This document shows, piece after piece, positions 49,774-60,292 of a stretch of DNA of 62,572 nt. Within the stretch, counting starts at the first letter, position 1. Every line of letters starts with the position of its first letter. Origin of the DNA: an uncultured virus (IMG/VR IMGVR_UViG_3300031555_005587) (taxonomy: Duplodnaviria; Heunggongvirae; Uroviricota; Caudoviricetes); IMG/VR virus record IMGVR_UViG_3300031555_005587, positions 62,001 to 124,572 of that record, one strand, 5' to 3'. The notes beneath the pieces are model-generated. The model ran no database searches. It had not been told where the DNA came from and worked only from the letters and a program-made list of their open reading frames with translations. A program made the translations under genes and the position numbers.

Positions 49774-51315
49774 TTATCGTTCTGTAAACCCATAATCTGT
49801 AGCAACAAATTCACCATTTTTTCTGATACCAATATTACCCCAATGGATATCAGTTAGTGATATCTTTAATCCTGCGTTAATTCTTGCATCATGAATATCA
49901 TCTAATAATTTATCATATTTCTTTTGGTGGCTAGAATCATGGCGATCTACAGTATCAGTATCTACCAATTCCATAGATATAACGCATTTATTTTTAGAAA
50001 TGTTTTCAACTCTTGTCAACAAATGATCAGAATTATTCTTTTTGAATGCGTCAAATACCATTGCTTCAGCATTATTAGATCTAACACCATATTGAGATAA
50101 TGCAACTTTAATAGCTACTGGTTCATTTAATGGGAATAACGCTAATCTTGTTTGACCCATTTTAGGTCTTCGTTGATCTGCATTTCCTCTCATACGTTTA
50201 CTACAAATTGCAAATGTATTCCAAGCAATATATTTTGGAGGAACATTTCCAGTTATACAACCTTCGACGAATTTAGATAAATCTTCATTATTGTCAATCA
50301 TCTCTGCATACTTAGCATCTATCTCATAAATATGATTCATACATGTGGTGATAGCGTTAATACCGAATTGAAATCTCCAAGATACATCAGCAATGAAATT
50401 TAGAGCTTCACGAACAATAACACTGTTTTCACCAGGAATGATACTAGGATCATCATAGAAAGATAATGCCTTATGAATATCTTGAATAACTTTATTTACT
50501 TCTTCAATATTCTTTATATCTGCAACGAATTTGTTAGGTACAGAAGCACCAGTATTCCAATATTGTTTAAATTTATTCACTTTATTGACAAATTGAGTTT
50601 CATTAAAAATACCACCTTCATATTCTTTAGCATTTAATGAAGAGATAATATCTTTAAGTAGATTTAGTTTATCAGGATTGATAATCATATCAAAAGTGAA
50701 TACAATAGCATTCCAAGAATTATTTAACGGAGCATGTCCAGGTACAGCATTTCTACCTCGGTTAACCATATTGGAATCTTGAACATAATTTACTCGAAAT
50801 AAAAAAGAACTTCCATCTATTTTACATTGTAAATCTTTATATGCTAATGTGATATTTTCTGTATGATCCGTTTTATCATCACCAACAATTGGATTGAATG
50901 GAATACTGATAGATTTTTGTTCACTTACACTTTTATTAGATTCCAAAGATTTATCATTTGCTGATATTAATGTCTTTTGTGATTTTATACTTTGATTATT
51001 AGATGGAGATTTAAATACTTCATCAACAATTGCATCTACACTTTGAGTTTTTCGTTTAAATAAATTTTTAACCCAATTAGTGAAACGATTCCACTGTTTT
51101 GCAATCCAAGTAAATATCTTTTTAATTGTCTCCATAATACGAGTTATAAGATTTTTCTTTGTAACTGGTTTGGAAGTAGCCTCTGATAAAACTTCTTCCA
51201 TATATGATGTTCCATCTTCAAAATAATTAATGAAAACATCTTCCTTTAAAATGTTTTAACATTTTAAAGGATTAAAATCAAATTTTTCATTGATTACTAA
51301 GTCAATATTATTCAT
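49774..51315 (-). pseudogene. Head-protein-leader + protein kinase-like gene with in-frame TAA at codon 20 (or translated from Met 51201)
   Basis: AAGGAGG RBS and ATG 51315 in frame with the ORF. TAA at 51256-51258 lies at the centre of an inverted repeat. Kinase motifs GQTR, AIK, NNAE, DIHWGN, DYG. Confidence 0.7.
51242..51271. repeat. 14-bp perfect inverted repeat with 2-nt spacer inside coding sequence
   Basis: TCCTTTAAAATGTT-TT-AACATTTTAAAGGA. Confidence 0.95.
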
Positions 51316-51368
51316 TTTATCCTCCTTAAAATATAAAAATAAAGGGATCTAAACAATCCCTTTATTTT

Positions 51369-52091
51369 TTATGAATAGAATACTTCCATGTCATCTAGAC
51401 GAATACATGACAATCTACCACCATAATTAGGATAAGCTGCTCCACAATCAATTCCAATAATGTCGTTATCTTCATAGATTTCCATTGGAGAAACTTTATT
51501 TTCATCCTGATGCAAATGGATTGTTGGTGTGTGACCAAATATAAACTTAACCTTTCCTTGTCCTGAATCTGCTAAATAATGTACTGCTTCACGATCCCAT
51601 ACGCAGAAGAATGCTTTTGATTCTTTCAAATCGTCTCCAAGTGTTTTCTTGAATTCATTATAAATGATCTCTGGTGCCGCATGACATAAAACAAATTTTT
51701 TATCTCCAGCTTCAGTAATGATGTTCAAAGGAAGTTTAAGTAGATAATTGATGATTTTAATCTGTTCGTCTTTATTCAGTTTTAACAACGATTTGTGAGT
51801 AATACCTCCTCCATTATGATACCATAGATCACGATCTTCTTTCAGGTTTATAACCTGATCTTTTTCGTATGGAAATCCTAATGAAGACAGCATCATGTAT
51901 TCGTGGTTACCCAAAATCATTTTTGCGTTTGGCATATTCATAATTCTTTGAAGAATATTAATGCCATATTTACCTCTGTCAACTACATCCCCAAGAATAA
52001 ATAATTCATCTTCGTCAGAAAAGTTAATCTTCTTGAGAATAGAATTGAACGCCTCTAAGTTACCGTGGATATCTGATAAAACATATTTCAT
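51369..52091 (-). CDS. Ser/Thr protein phosphatase (lambda-PP/PPP-type metallophosphoesterase)
   Basis: SDIHG, GDVVDRG, LGNHE, WYHNGG, CHA, FGHTPT, IDCG; has its own TATATTAT motif and terminator. Confidence 0.9.
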   Translation of the reverse strand: MKYVLSDIHGNLEAFNSILKKINFSDEDELFILGDVVDRGKYGINILQRIMNMPNAKMILGNHEYMMLSSLGFPYEKDQVINLKEDRDLWYHNGGGITHKSLLKLNKDEQIKIINYLLKLPLNIITEAGDKKFVLCHAAPEIIYNEFKKTLGDDLKESKAFFCVWDREAVHYLADSGQGKVKFIFGHTPTIHLHQDENKVSPMEIYEDNDIIGIDCGAAYPNYGGRLSCIRLDDMEVFYS

Positions 52092-52164
52092 TTTACACAT
52101 CTCCTTTTCTTATTATTCTATATTAATAATATATCTTTCTTAAGAAAAGAGATGCGTTAATCAA

Positions 52165-53640
52165 TTATTTGCTAATTGCTTTAAGAGAAGTTCTATGAGT
52201 AAAACCATAATCCAGTGCAACTATTTTACCATTCTTTTTACCAACATTGAAAACGTGTAAATCTGTAATAAGGAATGGAATATTATGATCTGAAATTAAT
52301 TGTTGCATTTCTGTTTTCAATTTTGAAATATCGTCCTGTTTCACTTTCAGAGGATGGATAATCTCAACTCGTTCAGAATCAATTATTACATGATCATTAT
52401 AATCTTTATTACAAACTGCAATTAAATGGTCTCCATTATATTTCTTATACGCATCAGATATCTGATGTTCTGAGAAATTACTTCTAATTCCCCAACCGGA
52501 TAATGCAATCTTATGAACAATTGATTTATCTTCAGGGAAGAAAGTAACTCTAGACTGACCCCAGCAAGGTTTATTAGCTTCAGAATCGGTTCCTCGAATT
52601 TTCTTAGAACTAATCAGATATGTGTTATATGAAACATATTTTGAAGGAATACCATTATCAATCATTTTCTTTACAAATTTTGATAATGTTTCAACAGAAT
52701 CAATACTTCCATAATATGATCCATCGATTAAAGCAACTTCCTTCAAAGAACTAGTAATAGCATTCATACACATCTGCATAGCGGCCAATATACCTGATAT
52801 TGCATTTAATGTAAGAATAATAAAACTGACATCTCTATCTTCTTTAAATGAAGAGAAAGGATCATCAATCTTTCTAATTATTTGATCTGCTTCATTTAAA
52901 CTTTTCTGAAATGTAATTAATTGATCAATTGTGTATTCAAATGTTTTATTCATTTGATCAAATTTCATTTGTTTATCTGAATACTCTTTAGTAAACTTAT
53001 TACATTTATCCTGTAATTCCTTTGTAATAACATCTGCGTTTACTATCTCATTTAACAGATCTTTGATTTTGTCAAATTCTGCAGGATTTTGAATATATTC
53101 CATACATGATAAAAATGGACCCATTGTCATTGGCGTATCCTTATGACCTTTAATTTTACCATGCATTTTATATCCCATTTTCACTGCATTCCATATAAAG
53201 TTAAATTTGATCTTTTTATTATCCATAAATTCAACTAGTACTGGTTTACATACTAATTCAATCTCTTCATCAATTTTAACTTCAGAATTATCATGTGATG
53301 GAATTTTAATTCTCATATTGTTAGCGAAATTTTTATCAACTTCATGTCGAGGAATATTCATTTCTATTGCTAACTGGTCTACTGTCTTCATATTCTGTCT
53401 GAGAATTTTTGTCTTACAGAAGTTAATAAATTTTGTCCATTGTAATGATAGCCAACCAAAAAGTTTTTTGATTAATTCCCATAAACGTTTGAAGATATTT
53501 TTCTTAGATACAGCTTGTGATGCTTCTGTAATCACATTTTCTAAGAATTGTACACCTTCAGAAAATGAACAAAAATCTTCACGTATCATATCTAATGGAT
53601 CACAGTTAAATGATTCCATAATAAATGCATTTTCGTACAT
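52165..53640 (-). CDS. Head-protein-leader + protein kinase-like domain
   Basis: IMES and ITEA sites, KKNIFKRLWELIKKLF helix; GQSR, HKIA, NFSE, DLHVFN, DYG; paralog of 49774..51315. Confidence 0.75.
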   Translation of the reverse strand: MYENAFIMESFNCDPLDMIREDFCSFSEGVQFLENVITEASQAVSKKNIFKRLWELIKKLFGWLSLQWTKFINFCKTKILRQNMKTVDQLAIEMNIPRHEVDKNFANNMRIKIPSHDNSEVKIDEEIELVCKPVLVEFMDNKKIKFNFIWNAVKMGYKMHGKIKGHKDTPMTMGPFLSCMEYIQNPAEFDKIKDLLNEIVNADVITKELQDKCNKFTKEYSDKQMKFDQMNKTFEYTIDQLITFQKSLNEADQIIRKIDDPFSSFKEDRDVSFIILTLNAISGILAAMQMCMNAITSSLKEVALIDGSYYGSIDSVETLSKFVKKMIDNGIPSKYVSYNTYLISSKKIRGTDSEANKPCWGQSRVTFFPEDKSIVHKIALSGWGIRSNFSEHQISDAYKKYNGDHLIAVCNKDYNDHVIIDSERVEIIHPLKVKQDDISKLKTEMQQLISDHNIPFLITDLHVFNVGKKNGKIVALDYGFTHRTSLKAISK

Positions 53641-53656
53641 TTCATTTCCACTCCTT

Positions 53657-54982
53657 CTATTCTAGATTATATATCTCTTTGATCATATTGTTAATATAAT
53701 CATGTGATACTGTTATGAGAAGACGGTAAGTTCTATGTTGATCCGGATTAGTCAGATGCAACTCCCTTTTATACCAATCAATATAGAACATCTCATCATC
53801 TAAAATTTTTCCATTCTCACGGAATTGAATTTTAATAAATCTATCCATTGGAATCCCATATTGTAGATGATAATCAATTACAGCATTTAATGACTGATTT
53901 AAAATATTTTCAATTGAAATAGAACTTTCTTCCATTTTCAATTTGAATATAGGCCATCCTAAAATAGTCCATCCAACAGGGATTTCAAAATCATCAAGAT
54001 TAATTACGTCTGAAAACATTGGTACAATTGCTTTATTTTCATCATTATTATTTACTACCACAGATTTTTTCAAATCAGGAGAATTTAGTGTGAAATAACC
54101 AATTGTATTAAACTCACAGCGTACAGTAAATGTGATATCAAAGTTCCTTCGTACTTGTCCATCTTTTACTCCAGGTCCTGCTTGAGGGTCTTGAATAACT
54201 GTATCAATATCAGCAATGTAATACATAAAGAATTCATCTGAATTAGATCCCCCTTTGAGTTTATACGTAATAGGATGATAAAACATACTATTCATCAATG
54301 TTAAGAAATCATAAACAGAATTATTTTCATCCTTTACTGGAACTTTAGATAGATTTCCAACTAATTCACAGAATCTCTCAGGAATATACAATTCTAATGG
54401 AGCTTTAATGAATTGATTATGTCCAATTGGAAGTGTATTGAATAAATAAGACATCCAATTGATTTGTTCTGAATAAGTATTAAACGATAATACTACATCC
54501 ACATACATAACAGCACGATTATAATGTCCATGAATATATAGATTCTTTTGACGATGTTTAGCTAATTCTATTAATGATCCATCTCCCCATAATGCATGAG
54601 TATTAGTAATTCTACTATTAAGTAGAGTATTTCCAAGAAAACGATTGTCTTCTTGACCAAATACAACTCTTGGAACTAATACCATCATAGGACATTCTTT
54701 TTTGTGTAATTGATGAGGTAAATGATTTAACTGTCTACTTGCAAGTGTGGTACTAGCAGTAACTGTCTTAAATAAATCTGCTGGAAATACGTCTAATAAA
54801 TACTTTTCTACTACACTTAACACATTTCCATATGTATGAGCAGCAGATGTATTACAGATAGCAGTTGTATTTCGTATATGCTCTCCATATGCAGCTCCGC
54901 TATTCTTTTCATATTGCATTCCAACTTCTCTTATTTCAGGATTCGATTTATTAGGATTTACCTGATAATCACGTGGTAACAT
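53657..54982 (-). CDS. Putative virion structural (neck/tail completion) protein
   Basis: 441 aa in a late structural cluster; specific role is inference. Confidence 0.45.
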   Translation of the reverse strand: MLPRDYQVNPNKSNPEIREVGMQYEKNSGAAYGEHIRNTTAICNTSAAHTYGNVLSVVEKYLLDVFPADLFKTVTASTTLASRQLNHLPHQLHKKECPMMVLVPRVVFGQEDNRFLGNTLLNSRITNTHALWGDGSLIELAKHRQKNLYIHGHYNRAVMYVDVVLSFNTYSEQINWMSYLFNTLPIGHNQFIKAPLELYIPERFCELVGNLSKVPVKDENNSVYDFLTLMNSMFYHPITYKLKGGSNSDEFFMYYIADIDTVIQDPQAGPGVKDGQVRRNFDITFTVRCEFNTIGYFTLNSPDLKKSVVVNNNDENKAIVPMFSDVINLDDFEIPVGWTILGWPIFKLKMEESSISIENILNQSLNAVIDYHLQYGIPMDRFIKIQFRENGKILDDEMFYIDWYKRELHLTNPDQHRTYRLLITVSHDYINNMIKEIYNLE

Positions 54983-55023
54983 ATTTTCTCACCTCTTTTC
55001 CGTTAATAAAACGTACGCAAATT

Positions 55024-55065
55024 AAATATAAAAGATTGGGGAATATTCCCCAATCTTTTATATTT
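55024..55065 (-). terminator. Terminator, perfect 42-bp palindrome
   Basis: AAATATAAAAGATTGGGGAAT|ATTCCCCAATCTTTTATATTT. Confidence 0.85.
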
Positions 55066-55070
55066 TTCTT

Positions 55071-55457
55071 TTATATTTTTCTTTCTCTTTTAAAGAAGAC
55101 TTTCATTATTTCTTTTAACATATTTGGATTATAAACTTTAATAATCGGATAACAAAATTCAGTTACATTTTTGAATCCATTAACTCGTAATAATGCTAAC
55201 CATAATTCTGTAGTTCCATATAATTCCAAACTTAATAACTTTGGTTTATAAAACATACTTTCTGGAACTGTATACCATTGAATAGTACTTTCGAGTTCTG
55301 CTTTATGCTTTAAGAAGAAATCATCAATTGGAATTCTGTATATATGATTTTCATCGTTAATATCTCCCACTAAAACTGTATCGTAGATGTTATGTAAAGA
55401 TATTACTTCTTTTTTACCATCTGTAATATATCTATCTACATAAGTTGTATTTGCCAT
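55071..55457 (-). CDS. gp53/LysM-like baseplate wedge protein
   Basis: YKPKLLSLELYGTTELWLALLRVN matches the RPxxLxxxxYGxxxxWxxxxxN pattern. Confidence 0.75.
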   Translation of the reverse strand: MANTTYVDRYITDGKKEVISLHNIYDTVLVGDINDENHIYRIPIDDFFLKHKAELESTIQWYTVPESMFYKPKLLSLELYGTTELWLALLRVNGFKNVTEFCYPIIKVYNPNMLKEIMKVFFKRERKI

Positions 55458-55459
55458 TA

Positions 55460-55912
55460 TTATTCACCTCCACCAGGTAGAGAAGAAGCATCACCTGCAT
55501 TTTTATTATGACCTCTGATAGCTGCTTCAGTACCAAAATATCTATATTTCATATTAGGATTACCACCTAAACATTTTAAAATGAATTGTCTGCCTTTTTT
55601 TGTATTATCCGTTCCGCCATAGAATTCTAATGGAGCTCTACCAATGAACTGTGTCGTTAGGTAATTTTGACACTTGGTAGTTTTAGCAAATGATAATTTA
55701 GTTTCATCATCATTTAAAAATATAGTATTATCTATAACTTCAGGTATTTCTGAAGCTTCTTCGAATGGAATATTAGGCATTAAAGCGTTTGCATGTATTT
55801 TATACATTCCAATATCAGTAAATTTATAATCCTTCGCAGAACGACATGTACTTTCTTCTGCAACTCTATTCACGGAATATGTTCCATTTATCATTATATC
55901 AACTCCAATCAT
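55460..55912 (-). CDS. Putative baseplate-associated protein
   Basis: Directly upstream of the gp53-like gene; function not recognised. Confidence 0.5.
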   Translation of the reverse strand: MIGVDIMINGTYSVNRVAEESTCRSAKDYKFTDIGMYKIHANALMPNIPFEEASEIPEVIDNTIFLNDDETKLSFAKTTKCQNYLTTQFIGRAPLEFYGGTDNTKKGRQFILKCLGGNPNMKYRYFGTEAAIRGHNKNAGDASSLPGGGE

Positions 55913-55952
55913 TTATCACTTATTAATTAGAATTGTTTATAATAAAAGAATA

Positions 55953-55992
55953 AAACAGATGCGTATGACCACTTGGTCATACGCATCTGTTT
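55953..55992 (-). terminator. Intrinsic terminator
   Basis: AAACAGATGCGTATGACCA-CT-TGGTCATACGCATCTGTTT. Confidence 0.85.
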
Positions 55993-56018
55993 GTAGCTTA
56001 TCTACATTTTACAATGAA

Positions 56019-57077
56019 TTATGCCTTTTTGCCGTCCTTTGCACCAGAACCGATTTTAGTTTTGATGTAACCTTCTAATGCATTCAACATTCTCTTACGA
56101 TAGCTCAGATATCTACTATATACACTAATTGTAGCTCCAACACAACCTACGATAGTTGTATAAGCTTCATTCATCTTAGCAATATCTTCTGCATTAGGTG
56201 TTTCACCTTCAGCTGCTTCAGCAGGCTGTAACATCTTTTCGATTTCAGGTTCCAAAGCTTTAAGCTTGTCTACGAACTTCTGAATCTTATCATAATTTGC
56301 CTGAATCATTAATCCGGAATGCTGTACATTCTTACTTGCACCCAAAATAAGATCTTTAACGTTGTCCATATGGTATTTCTTTTTACCCTTAACCATCTTC
56401 TGGCAAACCTTGATCAAGTCTTCAATAGGAATAGCACAAACATCTGTACTACCACCAGAAGATCCATTCAACTTAACAAGTTCATTAGAAAGAACTACAC
56501 ACATGTAGAATTCAAACAAACCTAAATCATTACCCTTAGGTGCATCAGCAGCATATTTCAACTTCAACTGATCTCTGAAAGGCTGATACTTTCCATGATA
56601 AGGAACTGTATTATCCTGACCATCTGCTTTATCGTTCCAGATATCTCCCTGAATCTTATTGATTGTTTCAATATCTTCTCTAGTTAATTCAATACCTCTT
56701 AAAGATTCAAGAACTTTGTTAGACTGCTTACCAACGTCCGTTAAAGAAGCTGCACATTTAGAGAAGAAGTTAATGACGTTTCTCCACAATTTTCTGAAAC
56801 CATTTCTAATTTTTGTAATAATAGAAACTTTCTTAGCTTCTTTAGCTTCCATAATAGACTGAACAGTTGCATCATCAACAGATTCAGCAAAGAAGCTTTC
56901 AGTCAAAGTAATGTTTTCTTTGGTAATCTTTTCCTGCTGTTCCTGCATAAATTCCTGATTCTCTAAGAATCTTTCCATTACAGAAAGTTCAGAGCATTCT
57001 TTAAAAAGGTCGTACGCCTCATTGGAATGAGGATACATACTACATTCAACTACAAGGTCTTTGTAAGTCTGTGCCAT
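56019..57077 (-). CDS. Abundant internal head protein
   Basis: LTES, FAES and IMEA sites followed by a KKVSIITKIRNGFRKLW helix like that of the kinase genes; leader identical to the capsid gene's. Confidence 0.65.
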   Translation of the reverse strand: MAQTYKDLVVECSMYPHSNEAYDLFKECSELSVMERFLENQEFMQEQQEKITKENITLTESFFAESVDDATVQSIMEAKEAKKVSIITKIRNGFRKLWRNVINFFSKCAASLTDVGKQSNKVLESLRGIELTREDIETINKIQGDIWNDKADGQDNTVPYHGKYQPFRDQLKLKYAADAPKGNDLGLFEFYMCVVLSNELVKLNGSSGGSTDVCAIPIEDLIKVCQKMVKGKKKYHMDNVKDLILGASKNVQHSGLMIQANYDKIQKFVDKLKALEPEIEKMLQPAEAAEGETPNAEDIAKMNEAYTTIVGCVGATISVYSRYLSYRKRMLNALEGYIKTKIGSGAKDGKKA

Positions 57078-57131
57078 AATAATTATCTCCTTTACTTTTA
57101 AAATTTAATATTGTTATAGACTTGGATTACA

Positions 57132-57842
57132 TTAGTGTTGAGTCTGAGGCAATAGTTCACTTGCGGCATCTCTTGCCACTGAACTATTATTAGTAGTGGA
57201 AACCATTACTAAATATTTCTGAGCTAAGTTTTTAGCTTCATCATATTCCTCTTTCTGAATATTAACACTTGCTTGCTTTTTAATAGCAGCTGCTTTCTTA
57301 AACATCTGCCACTGTTCAGTATTCTTTTTCTGTGCAATTAATTTTGCACATACATTGATTAACTGAGACATTCTTGTTTCATCATCGAAACTAATGATAT
57401 TCTTTTCAGTTAATACAGCTGCTTCAGATAAAGCATCATTCTTCTGATCAGAAATATCTCTTTCAAACTTCTGAGAGACAAGTACTGGAGTGAAGATTTT
57501 ATTGAGTTCATCCATCAGTTCTTTTTCATCATAAGATGAAGATTCTGGTGAATCATTACTCACAGGTAGATCCTCCATATTCTGATAGATTCTAGGATCT
57601 ACCATATGTTCCATGATACAATTCATTGCTTCCAACATAGTAGTCCAAGTCATTAAGTTACTTTTCATGACTCCATTATCAGAAGTTGCAGAAAGATGAT
57701 TAGGATTATTATGTGGAATATCAGAAAGATCTTTACCTTTACTATCCATACTATCAAGAGTGTCATCTAAAAGAGATTTATAATGTTTATTGATCTGATC
57801 ATCAGATGCTACTCCACCAGTCATAGAATCTTTAAAACTCAT
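57132..57842 (-). CDS. Head/prohead core-like protein
   Basis: MLEA, LSEA and LTEK motifs; downstream of the portal; late motif upstream. Confidence 0.55.
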   Translation of the reverse strand: MSFKDSMTGGVASDDQINKHYKSLLDDTLDSMDSKGKDLSDIPHNNPNHLSATSDNGVMKSNLMTWTTMLEAMNCIMEHMVDPRIYQNMEDLPVSNDSPESSSYDEKELMDELNKIFTPVLVSQKFERDISDQKNDALSEAAVLTEKNIISFDDETRMSQLINVCAKLIAQKKNTEQWQMFKKAAAIKKQASVNIQKEEYDEAKNLAQKYLVMVSTTNNSSVARDAASELLPQTQH

Positions 57843-57894
57843 TTATGAATTTCCTCCCTTCCTTAGTTATTCCATAACTTATGAAAATGTTTCA

Positions 57895-60231
57895 TTATTG
57901 TTCAACTTCCTTCAGATCTTTTTCTTCAATATTGAACTGATTTACTTTGTTCTGTAAAACGTCATCATTAGAATCAATATTAACCTTATTAATGATCTCA
58001 TCCAATTCATCGAAATCAAATTGAGCTAAATATTTCTTAGCCAACTCTCTTCTCAGATTAATTTGTTTCACAGTAGGATTTCCATCTTTGTCTTCCATTT
58101 CATTTTTAGGATAGTAAATCGCCATAACCATTTCAACCATACTATTGAAGTTTGTGATCATTTCGGATGTAATTACCAATTCTTGTTGTTTGATCTCATT
58201 AAACTTAAATTTGAAACCATTGATGACCTCTGCAGGCATATCAGTACTACTTCTCATAATAGCTTGATATAATTTAGTTAAACCTCTATTCATATCAATT
58301 TTATATGAAGATACAGTTGATAAGAATCTTGTATTTGCCATTTCCAGAGTTTTAGCAAAATCAACTTCATCTATTGCATTAATGATTAACAAGTGAGGTA
58401 CACCTGTACCAGATAATGCCTGTCGTCTTTGTTGTTCTAGGAATTCAATGTTGATTGGATTTGGAACAGCTTCAATTGTATCAGTTTCTAATGCCTTATA
58501 ATCGTTACGACCAGCAGGAAGAACCATTTCTCCCATACCACCGACTTTATTTAACACACCTGAATAGGAATAAATATCATCAATGGTAATTCTTCTCTGT
58601 TGGAACTTTCTCATAGTTCTCTGAATCTGGGAAGCATAATCTTTATTTAATCCAGATGATTTTAAGTAGTGAATTCTAGTCGTATTATTATTCAATGTAT
58701 AAAGCATATTATACATATTTAACATTAAATACATACGAGCTGGGAATAAACTAGGTTCAAGAACAGAATGTCCTCTTCCTTCTTCATCTTCATTAATAAT
58801 GAGACGAATTACTTCATTTTCTGGGATATAAATAAAGGAAAGTTTTCCTTCAGAGAATTTATGTGCCATTATGATTTCAGCAATTTCATTCTTCAACTTA
58901 ATGTTTCTTTCCAACATTTTCTTGTCGAATGACTTGATAATCATATTAGCTAATCTATCAACCATATTACGATCTCTCACATAATTCTGATATGACAGAT
59001 CAACTATACCATTTGGATTAGCAGAGTTTGTCTGTAAGTCCATTGTAGTAGAAATGTAATAATAACCAATTACACGTCTATCCATACGAATTGGAACAAT
59101 TCTTAATCCGTCAAGATACTTTATATAACATCCTTTAATTTCAGAATATGAACTGAAATCAATTGCATCCTGATCAATATTAGCATATGTACCTTGATTA
59201 ACTCTGCCATAGTTAGCTTGTGCTTCCATGAAGTGCTGTCCAGGATAATTGGAACTTTTTGTAGGTCGTGTTTCTTTATATTCTTTTAACACTAACTCAG
59301 CAAATCCTTCTGGACCCATTTCTGACATCATTATTGAAGAATGATTATACACTTCAATATTTTCAAGAATGCATCGCATGTTATTCTTAGTAACTTTATC
59401 AGGATTGAAATCATTTCCACTAATTCCAATTTCATTTTCAGAAACCTTTTTATCATCTGAAGAATCTACTTTACTAATGGATGATACAGATTCCATTAAA
59501 ATATTTAAATTTTCTTCAGAATACAAAGATTTCGAACCACTGAAACTACTCATCACGTGATTTGGTATACTTTCTCTAAAAGTTTCACCTAATGCAGAAA
59601 CTTTTTTATTTTTATTTTTACCACCAGAAAATCTAGAATCATGTATAGATTCTAATTCTGCAAATAGTTTTGCATATGGAACTACTTGGATATACATCTC
59701 TCCATGCATTAATGTTTTAGGAACAATAAAATTCTTAATAGCCATTAATAAATCATGACGAGTTTCAATTTCTTTAGCTTGTGTTTCAAAACTTTCATCA
59801 TCTTCATGATTTTCAAATAATAAAGTTCTTGAAACTTCACCAGTTGAAACATTGCATTCAATGATTGAATCTCTTATAACATTTATAACATCATGCATTT
59901 CAGGCATCTGAGTGCAGATATTATAAATATCTCTTCTTAACAACAATTCACTTTGATTCAATGTATCAGCTGACAAATAATCCGTTTTAATGTTATTTAA
60001 AACATTCTTCATCATTGATTTATCATGTTTTTCATCGAGATCAATATCTCTCATCTTTTTGATAAATCCTTCATCATCAAATGTAGAAGAATTGAAAGTT
60101 TTTAAAGCTTTATTCAATGTACTTGTAAATGAAGATGAAATATTATCCAGATCATCTTCTTGTATATTACCAACATCCTTAGTTATATCTGCTGATAATT
60201 TATCAATAAAATCATTTAAATTTGCAGGCAT
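57895..60231 (-). CDS. Portal protein
   Basis: MPEMHDVINVIRDSI, LMHGEMY, GHSVLEPS, ALETDTI...LEQQRRQALSGTGVP resemble T4 gp20-type portal features; 778 aa. Confidence 0.75.
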   Translation of the reverse strand: MPANLNDFIDKLSADITKDVGNIQEDDLDNISSSFTSTLNKALKTFNSSTFDDEGFIKKMRDIDLDEKHDKSMMKNVLNNIKTDYLSADTLNQSELLLRRDIYNICTQMPEMHDVINVIRDSIIECNVSTGEVSRTLLFENHEDDESFETQAKEIETRHDLLMAIKNFIVPKTLMHGEMYIQVVPYAKLFAELESIHDSRFSGGKNKNKKVSALGETFRESIPNHVMSSFSGSKSLYSEENLNILMESVSSISKVDSSDDKKVSENEIGISGNDFNPDKVTKNNMRCILENIEVYNHSSIMMSEMGPEGFAELVLKEYKETRPTKSSNYPGQHFMEAQANYGRVNQGTYANIDQDAIDFSSYSEIKGCYIKYLDGLRIVPIRMDRRVIGYYYISTTMDLQTNSANPNGIVDLSYQNYVRDRNMVDRLANMIIKSFDKKMLERNIKLKNEIAEIIMAHKFSEGKLSFIYIPENEVIRLIINEDEEGRGHSVLEPSLFPARMYLMLNMYNMLYTLNNNTTRIHYLKSSGLNKDYASQIQRTMRKFQQRRITIDDIYSYSGVLNKVGGMGEMVLPAGRNDYKALETDTIEAVPNPINIEFLEQQRRQALSGTGVPHLLIINAIDEVDFAKTLEMANTRFLSTVSSYKIDMNRGLTKLYQAIMRSSTDMPAEVINGFKFKFNEIKQQELVITSEMITNFNSMVEMVMAIYYPKNEMEDKDGNPTVKQINLRRELAKKYLAQFDFDELDEIINKVNIDSNDDVLQNKVNQFNIEEKDLKEVEQ

Positions 60232-60292
60232 AAATATCGATTAACTCCTTTCTTTCTAGATTTACAATGAAATGTCAATCTATTTAGTTGTT

